Below are positions 1-10,360 of a stretch of DNA of 64,000 nt, piece after piece. A program made the position numbers and the translations under genes. The notes beneath the pieces were generated by a model. It worked only from the letters and a program-made list of their open reading frames with translations. It did not search any database and was not told the origin of the DNA. Source of the DNA: Candidatus Hodarchaeota archaeon. GTDB lineage: Archaea > Asgardarchaeota > Heimdallarchaeia > Hodarchaeales > Hodarchaeaceae. Where the stretch lies: NCBI GenBank assembly GCA_029856365.1, contig JAHQWW010000002.1, forward strand, positions 64,638-128,637, written 5' to 3'. Every line of letters starts with the position of its first letter. The first letter of the stretch is position 1.

Positions 1-1
1 A

Positions 2-1480
2 CAAGTTGATGGGAATAATTCCTTATCACTTAAATATTCTACCTATTTGGGTGGGAATGGAACAGAAGGACATGGATTTCTTAATTTTGATAATTCGAGT
101 AATTGTTTATTAATTTCAAACACTGACAGTACAAATTTTCCTATGAAAAATGCCATCCAAGAAACAAATAACGGGGAACGTGATGCTATCTGTCTGAAAC
201 TTGATACAAAAGCTGAAGACATATTGTACTCTACTTATTATGGGGGTTCAGGAGATGACTTTGTCAGTGGAACCACTCTTGATTCACAAGGAAATATGAT
301 CATAGTAGGTGCGACATCCTCACTGGATTTTCCTTTGGAAAATGCCATAATAGACACCAGGATTTCTCACGAGAGAGAGATTTTTGCTTTTAAGCTTTCT
401 TCAGATGGACAAAATGTTATATTCTCAACCTATCTAGGTTCTGCAAGTGATTATTATTCTATAGATGTTACCACAGATTCAGATGATAATATTATTATTA
501 CAGGATCTACCAGTGCTTCTGACTTTTTAGTTAAGAATGCATATCAAGAAAATAAATCTGGTGGAGTAGATGCTTTCATCACTAAAATTACTCAAGATGG
601 ACAGAACGTTATATTCTCAACGTATTTTGGAGGGACTAATGATGACCAAATAAAGAGAGTCAATACTGATAAGGATGATAACATTATTGCTATAGGAGTT
701 ACATCCTCTAAAGAGCAATTTCCTCTAAAAAGTTCCCTGCGACCGAACAAGAGTACATCTAGTTGGGATGTTTTTTTAGTCAAATTTTCATCAGATGGCC
801 AAGAACTGATTTTCTCGACATTTTATGGAGGAACGCGTCCATGGGGACCTGCTGCGATCATCTGCGATTCAAATAACAACATTATAGCTGCTGGAGAAAC
901 GGATTCACAGGAATTCCCCATAGTAAATGCTTTTCAAAGAGATTATGGAGGAGGAGACCTAGATTCTTTCTTATCAAAAATCAGTCCTAATGGTCAGGAA
1001 ATAGGCTTCTCAACATTTATTGGTGGAACTGGTAGTGAAGGCCCAATTGGAATTACTATTGACTCGAAGGATAATATCTTCCTGACTGGAAGTACTAATT
1101 CAAATGATTTTACATTAAAAAACGCTTTTCAAACTAATAATAATGGTGGGTGGGATGGTTATGTATTGGAATTTAGTAATGATGGACAGGATTTACTATT
1201 CTCTACCTACTTTGGAGGGAGAAGTTCAGATTATTCTACATCAATTGCACTAATCCCAGAAACCAATAATTCATTTTTATTAACTGGCCATGGTGATTCT
1301 ATAGATCTTCCGCTTGTGAATCCCTACCAAGAGTGGTATGGTGGAGGTGAATTCGATCTTTTCCTCTCCAGGTTTGATTATGTTGATGATACTAATCAAA
1401 AATCAACCCCTGGTTTCGAGCTGTCATTTATTTTAGGATTGGTTGTTGTCTATTTATTGAAGAAAAGGAGACTAGAGTGA
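2..1480 (+). CDS. Surface beta-propeller (SBBP-like repeat) protein with PGF-CTERM-like anchor; 5' end cut by window edge
   Basis: The frame is open from nt 2 (QVDGNNSLSLKYSTYLGGNG...), so the ORF-track start at 47 is internal. About 8 repeats follow the pattern D..GN.I..G.T.S.DFP..NA...(D)aF..K.s.dGq...FSTYfGG. The C-terminus STPGFELSFILGLVVVYLLKKRRLE reads as PGF + TM helix + basic tail. Confidence 0.75.
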   Translation, partial: QVDGNNSLSLKYSTYLGGNGTEGHGFLNFDNSSNCLLISNTDSTNFPMKNAIQETNNGERDAICLKLDTKAEDILYSTYYGGSGDDFVSGTTLDSQGNMIIVGATSSLDFPLENAIIDTRISHEREIFAFKLSSDGQNVIFSTYLGSASDYYSIDVTTDSDDNIIITGSTSASDFLVKNAYQENKSGGVDAFITKITQDGQNVIFSTYFGGTNDDQIKRVNTDKDDNIIAIGVTSSKEQFPLKSSLRPNKSTSSWDVFLVKFSSDGQELIFSTFYGGTRPWGPAAIICDSNNNIIAAGETDSQEFPIVNAFQRDYGGGDLDSFLSKISPNGQEIGFSTFIGGTGSEGPIGITIDSKDNIFLTGSTNSNDFTLKNAFQTNNNGGWDGYVLEFSNDGQDLLFSTYFGGRSSDYSTSIALIPETNNSFLLTGHGDSIDLPLVNPYQEWYGGGEFDLFLSRFDYVDDTNQKSTPGFELSFILGLVVVYLLKKRRLE

Positions 1481-1598
1481 CTTGTACATCCTTTTCTCGT
1501 CACTTTCTCGCGGCTTATTATCACCAAAGGTTGGATTAAGAGTAATAGAGATGTCACTTAACTTGAAACTAATTTATTAGGTAAGATTCTAATTGAAT

Positions 1599-2417
1599 TT
1601 AAGTACGATTATGATGAGATGATTGGGTAGACAGATGCTTGAGAGCCCAAGCAATGAGTACAATCGCAATTAAAATTCCTCCCACGGAAAAAATGATATC
1701 GAGTGCTTCAGAGAACGTTAGTGCTGCCCCAAGCATAAGGATACCGAGTACAATCACTACGTAAAATAATGGATCACGAGACGACTGACGGGAAAAGTAA
1801 TAGGTTAGAGTTAACGCAATCAAGATGAAGCCAGCAGGAAAAATATAGTCAGTAGTTCCAGGGATCATCAACGATATTCCCAATGTAATGATTCCAAAGC
1901 CAATTGCAACAAAAAAGGAAGGATCACGAGAGGATTGACGGGAAAAGTAATAGGTTACAGTCAACCCAACCACCATAAACCCAGCTGGAAGAATAATGTC
2001 GAACGATTCTTCAATCATCATTGAAATACCAATAGTTAAAACAGTAAATATAATCGCCATAAAAAAGGAAAAATCACGAGAGGATTGACGAGAAGCAAGA
2101 AGTGTGCTAGCAATACCAAAAACCATTAATGCAGAAGGAAGGATAATATAAACAGCTCCAGGAATAAGAGTTATTATCGAAAACGTAATGATACAGATTC
2201 CAACAGCAAAAGCTACATAATACCCCAGTTGGGTCTGTTGTTGTTGAGATAACTTACGAAACGGCAGAGACTCGCGTGCAAGCTGATGACGGGCTTGTTT
2301 TTTCAACGTTTCAGTCTCACTGATAATTGACTGCTTAATATGCAAACTATTACCGCAGGTAGAACAGAAGATAGATCCATCATCATTTTCAGAGCCACAT
2401 TTCTCGCAGAAAACCAT
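1599..2417 (-). CDS. Zinc-ribbon membrane protein with four tandem ~50-aa TM-hairpin repeats
   Basis: N-terminal CxxC-x10-CxxC (CEKCGSENDDGSIFCSTCGN) and a Q-rich linker are followed by four units. Three units end in SRQSSRD and the fourth in a degenerate STQSSHH. DNA copies of the motif lie at 1771, 1921 and 2071 (150-nt period). Confidence 0.7.
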   Translation of the reverse strand: MVFCEKCGSENDDGSIFCSTCGNSLHIKQSIISETETLKKQARHQLARESLPFRKLSQQQQTQLGYYVAFAVGICIITFSIITLIPGAVYIILPSALMVFGIASTLLASRQSSRDFSFFMAIIFTVLTIGISMMIEESFDIILPAGFMVVGLTVTYYFSRQSSRDPSFFVAIGFGIITLGISLMIPGTTDYIFPAGFILIALTLTYYFSRQSSRDPLFYVVIVLGILMLGAALTFSEALDIIFSVGGILIAIVLIAWALKHLSTQSSHHNRT

Positions 2418-2757
2418 TTTGATTCACCACATTATACAAGATTCTTCAGTTCTTTAATAATTAGTGTTCTATTATTCAATAAATCCTCTTTTGACCCAAG
2501 TATTACCTAAAATCCTCCTTTTTAACATCACATTTTGCGGCTAATGAAAAATAAAATATGGCCTCGATTGCTATTCTAATGCCTTCTTTCCCTTTATAAA
2601 ATAGAATCAATCAATGTTAATCAGTTATCAAGAAACTAGATTAAAATAGCTAATGATTTTATTCCTACACACTAATATAACCAAAAACTTTTGTCAAAGC
2701 TCTTAAAGAGATTTATTACATATTATAAATTAAAAGTTATGTAGATGGTGATGTATA

Positions 2758-3477
2758 ATGAGTTCAGATGTTGAAAAGTGGAGACATTTTACCGATACAC
2801 TCGTTTCTGTTCTTAAATTACAAGGACAACCTATTTCTATCACCTACTCAGATGAAGAAATCCAATCTACGATAGATAAAGCCACTGAAATTTGTCAGGC
2901 TTTGAAACTTGCGAATTCTGGAGAGATTTTGTGTCTGAGTGAAATAAATATTACTTGTCAAGGTGGAAGATGGCATACGGGATTTGGAGGAAAAAGGGAG
3001 GGTTTAGAGAGAATCCTTGTTGAGGGGGAGAAGTTATGGGCTACTGTTGCTGTTGCAAGACAGAGTATAGGGGAAACTCATAGAATTGCTCCACCACCAT
3101 TAGGTCTCGCAAAATTCCTTATTTTTAGTCCTTTAAATAAGACAGAACTAAGACCAGATCTTATCGTGATCTTTGCTAATCCATGGCAGGCGAGTAGATT
3201 GATATTTCTTGCTGATTATCATGGATTTCCTATAAAACCTCGTGTTACTGGTTCTCTGTGTTGGGGGGCAATCACCTATCCTTTAGTAACTGGTAATTTT
3301 AACATTACAATGGGTGATCCAACAGCTCGCCGTGTTCACAAATATAATCCAAATGAATTAATTGTTAGCATTCCTTATCGGATGATTCCCTCTATGATGG
3401 AAGCAATAGAATATAGTACTGCTGGTAAAGGAAAACCTGCCCCATGGTTTGAGCAACGAACCCACAGGAAAGAATAA
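2758..3477 (+). CDS. DUF169-like (COG2043-type) protein
   Basis: The length (239 aa) and pattern resemble DUF169: LKLQGQPISITY near the N-terminus, a Cys-containing ITCQGGRWHTGFG segment, and PDLIVIFANPWQASRLI. This is recognition by eye only. Confidence 0.5.
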   Translation: MSSDVEKWRHFTDTLVSVLKLQGQPISITYSDEEIQSTIDKATEICQALKLANSGEILCLSEINITCQGGRWHTGFGGKREGLERILVEGEKLWATVAVARQSIGETHRIAPPPLGLAKFLIFSPLNKTELRPDLIVIFANPWQASRLIFLADYHGFPIKPRVTGSLCWGAITYPLVTGNFNITMGDPTARRVHKYNPNELIVSIPYRMIPSMMEAIEYSTAGKGKPAPWFEQRTHRKE

Positions 3478-3874
3478 ATCCTAAATCCTGTAATTTTTTC
3501 CTTTATTCTAGAAAGGTTGATGTGATAGAAGTAGTTTTCAAAACTAATATAAAAACAGATAAAAATATGATGTGATTTTTTGTCAGAAAAATCCTAGATT
3601 CGGATGAATTTTTGACTCCAGAGGGAGCTAAACATTAATTATGCAATCAAACATCTAATGAACTTATCTTCAGAAGTAAGAGGACTCTATTGAACTAAAA
3701 GACATCTAAATCTTTTCCAGAAACCACTTCCCTTGAATAACATTTACGTAATTCATTCAGAAGATCTATCTCTTTCCTCCCCATGAAGAGTTGATGATAT
3801 AGAATTAATTAATTAATTCGATTCGTTTCTTGCACAAATCATAATTCATTTATTCAGATTTACCTTTTTTTGAC

Positions 3875-4291
3875 GTGATATTAATGAATCCTGATTTTAA
3901 AGTATTGAAATCGGAAATTTTAGCCCTACATAGAAGAGGAATTGATACTCACTTGAATAAGAATGTAGATTTTTTCATTCGAGATATATCAGAGAACTAT
4001 CTGTCTGTTTCAAATGGAGAGATACACAAGCCAACATTAGAAGAAATAAAAACTCAATTCACCAATTATCTCAATAATACCATTTTTACAGAGTATAAAG
4101 ATCTTTGTGAGCCAATAATAGGCTTTTCGAATGATGGTTCAATAGCGTGGTATATTGTACAAGTAAAAGGTGAACATTCAATAGATGATGGCTCTGAAAG
4201 AGAATTAGATTTCATCTGTGCATGGATCACGTTATTTAAGCAGCTAGATGATAAATGGATACGATTAGGGGATGTATCAACTTTCAAATAG
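3875..4291 (+). CDS. SnoaL/DUF4440-like (NTF2-fold) small protein
   Basis: 138 aa with the typical pattern L..H..gid......vd.f...isedy..v..G......eei, a C-terminal W.....F...ddKW, and a final beta-strand. An ATG at 3884 is a likelier start than the GTG at 3875. Confidence 0.45.
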   Translation: MILMNPDFKVLKSEILALHRRGIDTHLNKNVDFFIRDISENYLSVSNGEIHKPTLEEIKTQFTNYLNNTIFTEYKDLCEPIIGFSNDGSIAWYIVQVKGEHSIDDGSERELDFICAWITLFKQLDDKWIRLGDVSTFK

Positions 4292-4332
4292 ATTCAATCG
4301 TAATATTACTTAAAATTAAGAGATAATATATT

Positions 4333-6300
4333 ATGAAACATGAAAAACTTATCATACTATTTTTTACTCTCCTTCTATCCTTTTTTACTCAAACACTCTA
4401 TCCTGTAACTGAAACTGCTTTGATCACCAACAGTGAATGGATATGTACTGATAATAGCTGGATATCGACAAAATTCCTAGAACATAACAATATTAAATTT
4501 GATATACTTCAAGAAGAGGAAATTTTCTCAAACTTGTCTTTGTCAGTCAAGTTAGATGAAACACTTTCCGTGGTAGAAGGTAATTTAACTGTGGATTATT
4601 ATAACAATGATCCTATCACATTTGATCATATTCCTTTCCATCTATATCCGTCTGGTATGCTGTATGAAGACCGTCAAGGCAATATTGACATATTAAAGGT
4701 TGTTACTACAGGTTCAGCTACAAATCTTTTCTATAAAGTTCTCTCTGATCAACAATTAATGTGGGTGAATCTCACCTCCCCATTAGAACCTGATCAGAGT
4801 GTATCTTTCCGTATAACCTTCAGGACAACACTTCCTGACGGTCAAGACCGAGCCAATTCTCAAGGTTTTGATAGCAACCAATCAAGGGTTTATTCTTGTA
4901 CTGCGTTTTACCCCATTCCTTGTGTTTATGATGAATATGATGGCTGGAACATTGATGGGTATCTTAAGATTGGTGACCCTTTTCATTTTGATATGGCATA
5001 TTATGATCTTGTTATTGAAATCCCAAATGGAATGATTGTTGCAGCAACAGGTGAATTATTGAATAGTTCGAGTGATGGAACAACAACGAAATATCATTAC
5101 AATCCTCATTATCCAGTTCGAGAAATGGTATTTTCCGCATCACGATACTTTCAAGTAGAATCCAAGGTTGTTAATGGTGTAAATATTTCGTGTTACTATC
5201 TACCACATAGTAATTGGTTATGGGAAAAGGATACGCTTGATGCAGCGGTTAACTCCTTCATTCTTTTTAATTCTTCTTTTGGCTCGTATCCTTATAGTAC
5301 CTTCAACGTTGTAGAAGCATATGGCTTTTATGGCGGTATGGAATACCCCTGTCAAGTGCAAATTTCTGAATCCATTGTTGATCAACATCCAGAGGATTAT
5401 GAATTTTATCAAGAGCTGATTGTTACTCACGAAACCGCGCATCAGTGGTGGTGCCAGCTCGTTGGGAATGATCAGATAGATTGGGGGCACCTAGATGAAG
5501 GATTAACTTGTTGGTCTACTGACTTTTATTTTGACTTTTATTATCCTGATTGGCATTATTTTGACAATTACTGGCCACTGGATATCGTAAGGACCTATTA
5601 TGATACTTTTAGCCAACCAAGTAAGATTAATCAATCGATATACGATTTTCTTGGCACTAATATGAGTTACCGTTATACTGCTTACACAAAAGCACCATTA
5701 ATCATACAGAAACTTCGCTTAACTATAGGTTCCAAGGATTTTATGACAGGATTAAGACACTTCTTTGAAGAATACAGGTTTAAAATTGCCACGTTTCCAG
5801 ATCTTCAGAAATCTTTTGAAAAAGTGATTGGTAAATCCCTGAACTGGTTTTTCTGCCCATGGTTCGACAATCCATATCTTCCCAAGTATAGTATTACGAA
5901 TGTAGATTACAACCATGAACAAGGCTCTATAACAGTCATTGTTGAGGATATCAACGAAGAAAAGAACGCTTATCCATTCGCTCAGCAATTACACCTGCAG
6001 GTGAAGGATACCCGACAATTAGAAGTCTTATATCGTGAACGAGTTTGGATAAATGGTACAACAACTTTAGATTTTGAGTTGACTAAGAACAGCGATGCTG
6101 GGGTAGTTCTTTTAGTATATGAATCAGATGTTCTTGTTCAGTTATCATCAATTGAAGATACAGTGCTGGTTTACAGTATCTATTCCTCAAATAAAGCTAA
6201 CTTAGTAAGATTAGTTGAACTTACAGTACTTCTTCTTGCTGTTTGCGCTATATTGGTTTTTACTGTGTGGATTATGAGAAAAAGAAGAAATCTAAGGTAA
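4333..6300 (+). CDS. M1-family zinc aminopeptidase-like protein, membrane anchored
   Basis: GGMEYP (GxMEN-like exopeptidase motif) followed by HETAHQWW...-x18-E (HExxH-x18-E gluzincin site). Hydrophobic N-terminal signal, C-terminal TM helix + RKRRNLR. Confidence 0.8.
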   Translation: MKHEKLIILFFTLLLSFFTQTLYPVTETALITNSEWICTDNSWISTKFLEHNNIKFDILQEEEIFSNLSLSVKLDETLSVVEGNLTVDYYNNDPITFDHIPFHLYPSGMLYEDRQGNIDILKVVTTGSATNLFYKVLSDQQLMWVNLTSPLEPDQSVSFRITFRTTLPDGQDRANSQGFDSNQSRVYSCTAFYPIPCVYDEYDGWNIDGYLKIGDPFHFDMAYYDLVIEIPNGMIVAATGELLNSSSDGTTTKYHYNPHYPVREMVFSASRYFQVESKVVNGVNISCYYLPHSNWLWEKDTLDAAVNSFILFNSSFGSYPYSTFNVVEAYGFYGGMEYPCQVQISESIVDQHPEDYEFYQELIVTHETAHQWWCQLVGNDQIDWGHLDEGLTCWSTDFYFDFYYPDWHYFDNYWPLDIVRTYYDTFSQPSKINQSIYDFLGTNMSYRYTAYTKAPLIIQKLRLTIGSKDFMTGLRHFFEEYRFKIATFPDLQKSFEKVIGKSLNWFFCPWFDNPYLPKYSITNVDYNHEQGSITVIVEDINEEKNAYPFAQQLHLQVKDTRQLEVLYRERVWINGTTTLDFELTKNSDAGVVLLVYESDVLVQLSSIEDTVLVYSIYSSNKANLVRLVELTVLLLAVCAILVFTVWIMRKRRNLR

Positions 6301-6432
6301 AAAATCACGATTTTATCAATAATAACTGATTTGGGAGTTATAATATCTTGATACAAAAAAGTTATTAGTCCTATATAAAACCTTCCTATATAGAACAATC
6401 CATCATTTTCAGAAACAGGATGGTTATTTGAC

Positions 6433-6894
6433 ATGAATGAAACAGAAATGAAAGAATTTTGCAATAAATTAATGGAAGAAGAAAAAGCTACAAGTTTTAC
6501 AACAATAGATGAAAATGGATATCCTCACACGAGGGGAATTTTCAATCTAAGGAATATTAAACAGTTTCCAACATTATCTAAGGTCTTTGAAAGGCATCAA
6601 GAAGACCTCACAGTTTATATATCGACAAATACTTCATCAAACAAAGTACAACATGTTAAAAAAAACCCAAAAGTATCTGTATGTGTTTTAGATCCAGAAA
6701 ATATACGGGGAATAACGCTTGGGGGAGAAATTAAAATTGTTACAGATGAGAAAATTAAAAAAGAACTCTGGCTTGACTGGTGGGTTCAATATTATCCGAA
6801 AGGAGAAACTGATGAAGATTACACGATATTAATGTTAAAACCCAAATTTGTTGAAATATGGTATAGAGGTAAGTATAAATTCCAACTTGAGTGA
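6433..6894 (+). CDS. Pyridoxamine 5'-phosphate oxidase-like FMN-binding (general stress protein 26-type) protein
   Basis: 153 aa. The pattern TTIDENGYPHTRGI...VYISTNTSSNKVQHVKKNPKVSVCV...GITLGGEIKIVTDEKIKKELW is typical of the PNPOx split-barrel family. Confidence 0.6.
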   Translation: MNETEMKEFCNKLMEEEKATSFTTIDENGYPHTRGIFNLRNIKQFPTLSKVFERHQEDLTVYISTNTSSNKVQHVKKNPKVSVCVLDPENIRGITLGGEIKIVTDEKIKKELWLDWWVQYYPKGETDEDYTILMLKPKFVEIWYRGKYKFQLE

Positions 6895-7352
6895 CATATA
6901 TGGATTCTATGAAAGAACAGCGAGCAGCAGGATACTTAATTGCTAAAATACATCAAATAAGTGGTCGAATATTTGCAAAAAAACTTAAGAAATATAATAT
7001 CACCGATATTAACCCCGCACAAGGGAGAATTGTATTCGCATTATGGAAAAAAGATGGGGTGTCAATAGTAGAATTGGGAAAGGAAACTGGACTCAGTAAA
7101 TCTACTTTAACATCAATGCTAGATAGATTAGAAGAATCTGATCACTTAAAACGAGTACCTTCTGAAGAAGATCGAAGAAAAATACTCATTTTTCTGACAG
7201 AGAAAAATGAAAAATTCCAAAGCAAGTACGTAACAGTTTCGAGAGAAATGACAGAGTTATTTTATTTGGGGTTTAGTGAAGAAGAAAGAAATCAGTTCGA
7301 GCTTTATCTCCAACGTCTTCTCAATAATCTCCTACAAGTTGAAAGAGTCTAG
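6891..7352 (+). CDS. MarR-family transcriptional regulator
   Basis: Winged HTH: LNPAQGRIVFALWKKDGVSIVELGKETGLSKSTLTSMLDRLEESDHLKRVPSEEDRRKILIFLTEKN. It overlaps the upstream PNPOx-like gene by 4 nt, which suggests an operon. Confidence 0.8.
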   Translation: MTYMDSMKEQRAAGYLIAKIHQISGRIFAKKLKKYNITDINPAQGRIVFALWKKDGVSIVELGKETGLSKSTLTSMLDRLEESDHLKRVPSEEDRRKILIFLTEKNEKFQSKYVTVSREMTELFYLGFSEEERNQFELYLQRLLNNLLQVERV

Positions 7353-7556
7353 GTTAACATATTAAGTTCTTGAATATTATAGGGAATTTTAGCTATTATT
7401 GGTTCGATAGTTATTACTTTAAATCTCTTGAAAGGTTAAGGAATCCCACCAATAAAAAGACATATATAAACTGAATCAGAATATTCAGAGTATTAAAAGA
7501 AAGATCCAGTACTAATCCCATGGATTCACAAGAAAATACAATAAAAAGGTGAAATC

Positions 7557-7976
7557 ATGCCAGAAATTCAATATTCTGCAGGAGTATGCAATATCGGTGA
7601 AGCTGAAATAAAACAAAGACGTCGAATAGGTTATATAGGCTTTGGTCTTACCTTGATAGCAACTATTGTATACTTAGGACTGATTTATTACATAAAATTA
7701 GATCCGCTCTTTGGAGTGATTATTTTCATACCTGCTGAAATATCATCTATTGGATTAATTCAAGCTAAGAATAAATTCTGTGCTGCTTACGGCCTGGCTC
7801 ACCAACAGAACATTTCCTCAAACTTAGGACTAACCATAAAAATAGAGGATAGAGTTTCCCAGAGAGAAGACAGGAATAAAGCAATTAAAATTATTTTTCA
7901 ATCCCTAGGAATTTCAATTATTATTACTATTTTCACAATTATTATAGGAATAATAATAGGACAGATTAATTTTTAA
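7557..7976 (+). CDS. Hypothetical membrane protein (3 predicted TM segments)
   Basis: The ORF has hydrophobic stretches (GFGLTLIATIVYLGLIYYI, FGVIIFIPAEISSIGLI, GISIIITIFTIIIGIIIG). No family was recognised. Confidence 0.4.
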   Translation: MPEIQYSAGVCNIGEAEIKQRRRIGYIGFGLTLIATIVYLGLIYYIKLDPLFGVIIFIPAEISSIGLIQAKNKFCAAYGLAHQQNISSNLGLTIKIEDRVSQREDRNKAIKIIFQSLGISIIITIFTIIIGIIIGQINF

Positions 7977-8483
7977 TTTGATTAAATGGAATCCACAGAA
8001 TTTAGAGACACTACAATCATTAATCATGTTTCTTATACTTCTCTGCCATTTTTGTAATGTGGTCAGCTCACCAATCATAGAAATGAAAACCTTCACCACC
8101 AGTAATCGTATCAGTAGAAATAATGTCAGGAAAGCTTTGTTTAAGCTCTTCTTCGACATTTCTGATTGTCTTAATGTTAGGAGTAAAGAAGCTTAAGATA
8201 ACAACAGGCTTTTCAACAACTATCCAACCAACCCACAAATTCTCAGTAAACACTCTTGGTGCAGAACAAACATTCAAGAACAAAATCTAAAAAATTAAAA
8301 ATTGTACTATAATATAAAACATACTGTTCTTAAATTTAGAACACTTGTTTCGTGTAAAAAGTCATTAAATTTTTTGCCTCGATCTATAGGAATATAAAAG
8401 TCTATAATTTTCGTACTAGCTAAATTTAGTGTTTTTATATTTAATTTGTGTAAAGTACAATCCAATGGAAAAAGTGAAAATTA

Positions 8484-9974
8484 ATGAGTGTACCTAAACG
8501 GCATATTATAGGGGGATATATGATTTTCACACTTATCCTCCTTTCTATCATGATTGTTGAGATTAATTTCACAATATCTTTCAATTCTTCAAAAATGGAA
8601 AAGGAAATCGATATTGAAGAAAAACGTGTTTTTTGGGCATATAATTATGTCAGGGGAGAATATTTTGAAGTCCACTCAAAGTTGCTGGCAATTGGTGACT
8701 GGTGTTATATCTATATGGATGAAGAATGTATTCTAAAACTAGGAGAAGCATCGATTATGGTAAAGGTTGAAGAGATTTGCAATGAATTCGATAATGTAAT
8801 CTATCCTCGCATAATTGACCTAGCTGGACATCCCAATGGCACGATGGGAGATATCGATGGTGATCCGAAGATTTTCATCTTATTTCTGGATAATTACAAT
8901 TACTATTCTGAAGTTAATGACATTGAACATAATGTTTCCAATCTTTGTGAAATGATTTACATTTGTTACAGGCTTTTTCATCATAATTGGTTATACCCAA
9001 CCATGGCACATGAGTTTCATCATCTTATTTGGTTTAATAATGATTGGGGTGAACCACCATTTACCTTGGAATCCCTAGCTCAATATGCAACATATCATGC
9101 GGGGTATTTAGGTCCATATAATAATCTCGTCCCCCAGGTTGCTTCTTTTTTACCTCATCCTGAAAATTCACCATTATATTGGACTGATGATCAAGATTAT
9201 GGAAGTACATATCTTTTTGCTTTCTATATTGCTGAAAAATATGGGGTAGATATTCTCCGAGACCTAATAACCGAACCTGATGATGGCCCTCATGGAATTG
9301 AAACAGTCCTACACGCCGCAGGTTATGATATAACATTTAATGAGCTTTTTATGAACTGGATTACTGCTCTTACTCTAGATGAATTGGGTTTTCAGAATAA
9401 TCTGTTTGGATTTGAAGGATTCGATGCCCGAATCACTAGTTATGAAGTGGTAGACAAACTTCCACTAGCTAATAAAACCATCTCTGTCAATCATTATGCC
9501 TTTTATATTCACAAACTGGAAGCTCCACCGAATAACTTTACAGTCATCATTAATAAGATCCCACAGGATGTGATTGGAATTTCCCTTGCTATACATGATT
9601 CTTGTGGTTGGCATGTCAAGCAAAACTTGCATTATGGAGAAGCAAGTACAATAACTGAGTCATTTTCAGGTTCATTAATTGATGAGGCGTATGTAGTCAC
9701 TAGTTACATCTCTAGAAGTACACCGATTGCCCCTGAAGAGAGAGGTTCAGGACCTTCCATTAACATTGACATCACCATTATCGAAGGAGTACAAAAAAAT
9801 GTTGATAGTTCATCATCTATCCAATCTACCGAGACAACAACTGGAGGAAGTAATTGCACCACTTCAAAGATGTCTACAACAACATCTGGCAATACTATTC
9901 CATTTTTTGATATATCATTTGTTTTTCTTAGCATCCTAGTGATTTCATTAAGAAAAAGAAGAAATTATTTCTGA
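8484..9974 (+). CDS. Secreted/anchored HExxH zinc metalloprotease-like protein
   Basis: N-terminal TM/signal (IIGGYMIFTLILLSIMIV), zinc motif TMAHEFHHLIW, Ser/Thr-rich stalk (SSSSIQSTETTTGGSNCTTSKMSTTTSG), and a C-terminal IPFF + TM + RKRRNYF anchor. Confidence 0.65.
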   Translation: MSVPKRHIIGGYMIFTLILLSIMIVEINFTISFNSSKMEKEIDIEEKRVFWAYNYVRGEYFEVHSKLLAIGDWCYIYMDEECILKLGEASIMVKVEEICNEFDNVIYPRIIDLAGHPNGTMGDIDGDPKIFILFLDNYNYYSEVNDIEHNVSNLCEMIYICYRLFHHNWLYPTMAHEFHHLIWFNNDWGEPPFTLESLAQYATYHAGYLGPYNNLVPQVASFLPHPENSPLYWTDDQDYGSTYLFAFYIAEKYGVDILRDLITEPDDGPHGIETVLHAAGYDITFNELFMNWITALTLDELGFQNNLFGFEGFDARITSYEVVDKLPLANKTISVNHYAFYIHKLEAPPNNFTVIINKIPQDVIGISLAIHDSCGWHVKQNLHYGEASTITESFSGSLIDEAYVVTSYISRSTPIAPEERGSGPSINIDITIIEGVQKNVDSSSSIQSTETTTGGSNCTTSKMSTTTSGNTIPFFDISFVFLSILVISLRKRRNYF

Positions 9975-10201
9975 TGATGACCAATGGGAGAGTAACAACA
10001 CCTCCAACAACAATTTCAAGTGCAACAACGTTAACTAAAATAATAACAACAACAATAACAATTGAACCAACTACTGAAACTCCTTCTTCTGTCATAACTG
10101 GTTGGAATGTTCTTCCTTTGCTTTTGACTTTGTTTATAGTGCTTGTAGTGCGACTTTGTAAGAAAAAACCATTAATATTCCGCTATTTCTCCTTTTCTTA
10201 A
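9974..10201 (+). CDS. Mini-ORF consisting only of a Thr-rich stalk plus C-terminal anchor
   Basis: 75 aa: TTPPTTISSATTLTKIITTTITIEPTTETPSS, then TGWNVLPLLLTLFIVLVVRLCKKKP. The start overlaps the stop of the preceding protease gene (tgATGatg). It may be a remnant rather than a functional gene. Confidence 0.3.
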   Translation: MMTNGRVTTPPTTISSATTLTKIITTTITIEPTTETPSSVITGWNVLPLLLTLFIVLVVRLCKKKPLIFRYFSFS

Positions 10202-10360
10202 CTCTAATACAAACATTAATTACTTTTATATCATTTCAGGTAAGAATATTTTCGGAACAATAAGAAAAACAATTATTATCACTCATCAGTATCTATTGAT
10301 ATTTAAGTGGTGTTTATTAACCGTGTATCAGGTACAATGGAATCCAGGGTGCCATTTATT

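Noticed and set aside
592-783. Short antisense or overlapping ORFs listed in the track: 592-783, 4066-4287, 5218-5490, 5752-5988, 6180-6464, 8554-8736, 9061-9336, 9704-9939, 10660-10842, 14855-15139, 18005-18196, 19455-19643, 20581-20763, 21630-21830, 22586-22795, 25796-26008, 34174-34395, 36533-36946, 38064-38255, 38303-38548, 42788-43105, 45850-46074, 47450-47755, 50144-50347, 51718-51912, 54252-54554, 55415-55615, 55998-56249, 56306-57070, 57859-58119, 58515-58862, 59935-60163, 61118-61360, 62425-62619, 63153-63362
   Set aside because: Each is nested in, or antisense to, a longer ORF with clear motifs or coherent hydrophobicity. None has an independent motif. They are typical shadow ORFs.
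8020-8283. Minus-strand ORF 8068-8283 ending in TGA, followed by 15 more sense codons (…GFHFYDW-TGA-ADHITKMAEKYKKHD-TAA). I considered selenocysteine or read-through.
   Set aside because: There is no ATG/GTG start (TTG only), no recognisable family, and no redox-type motif around the TGA. The tail is short, so a natural stop or a decayed fragment is simpler. The overlapping ORFs 7914-8159 and 7978-8196 are equally unconvincing, so 7977-8483 is left unannotated.
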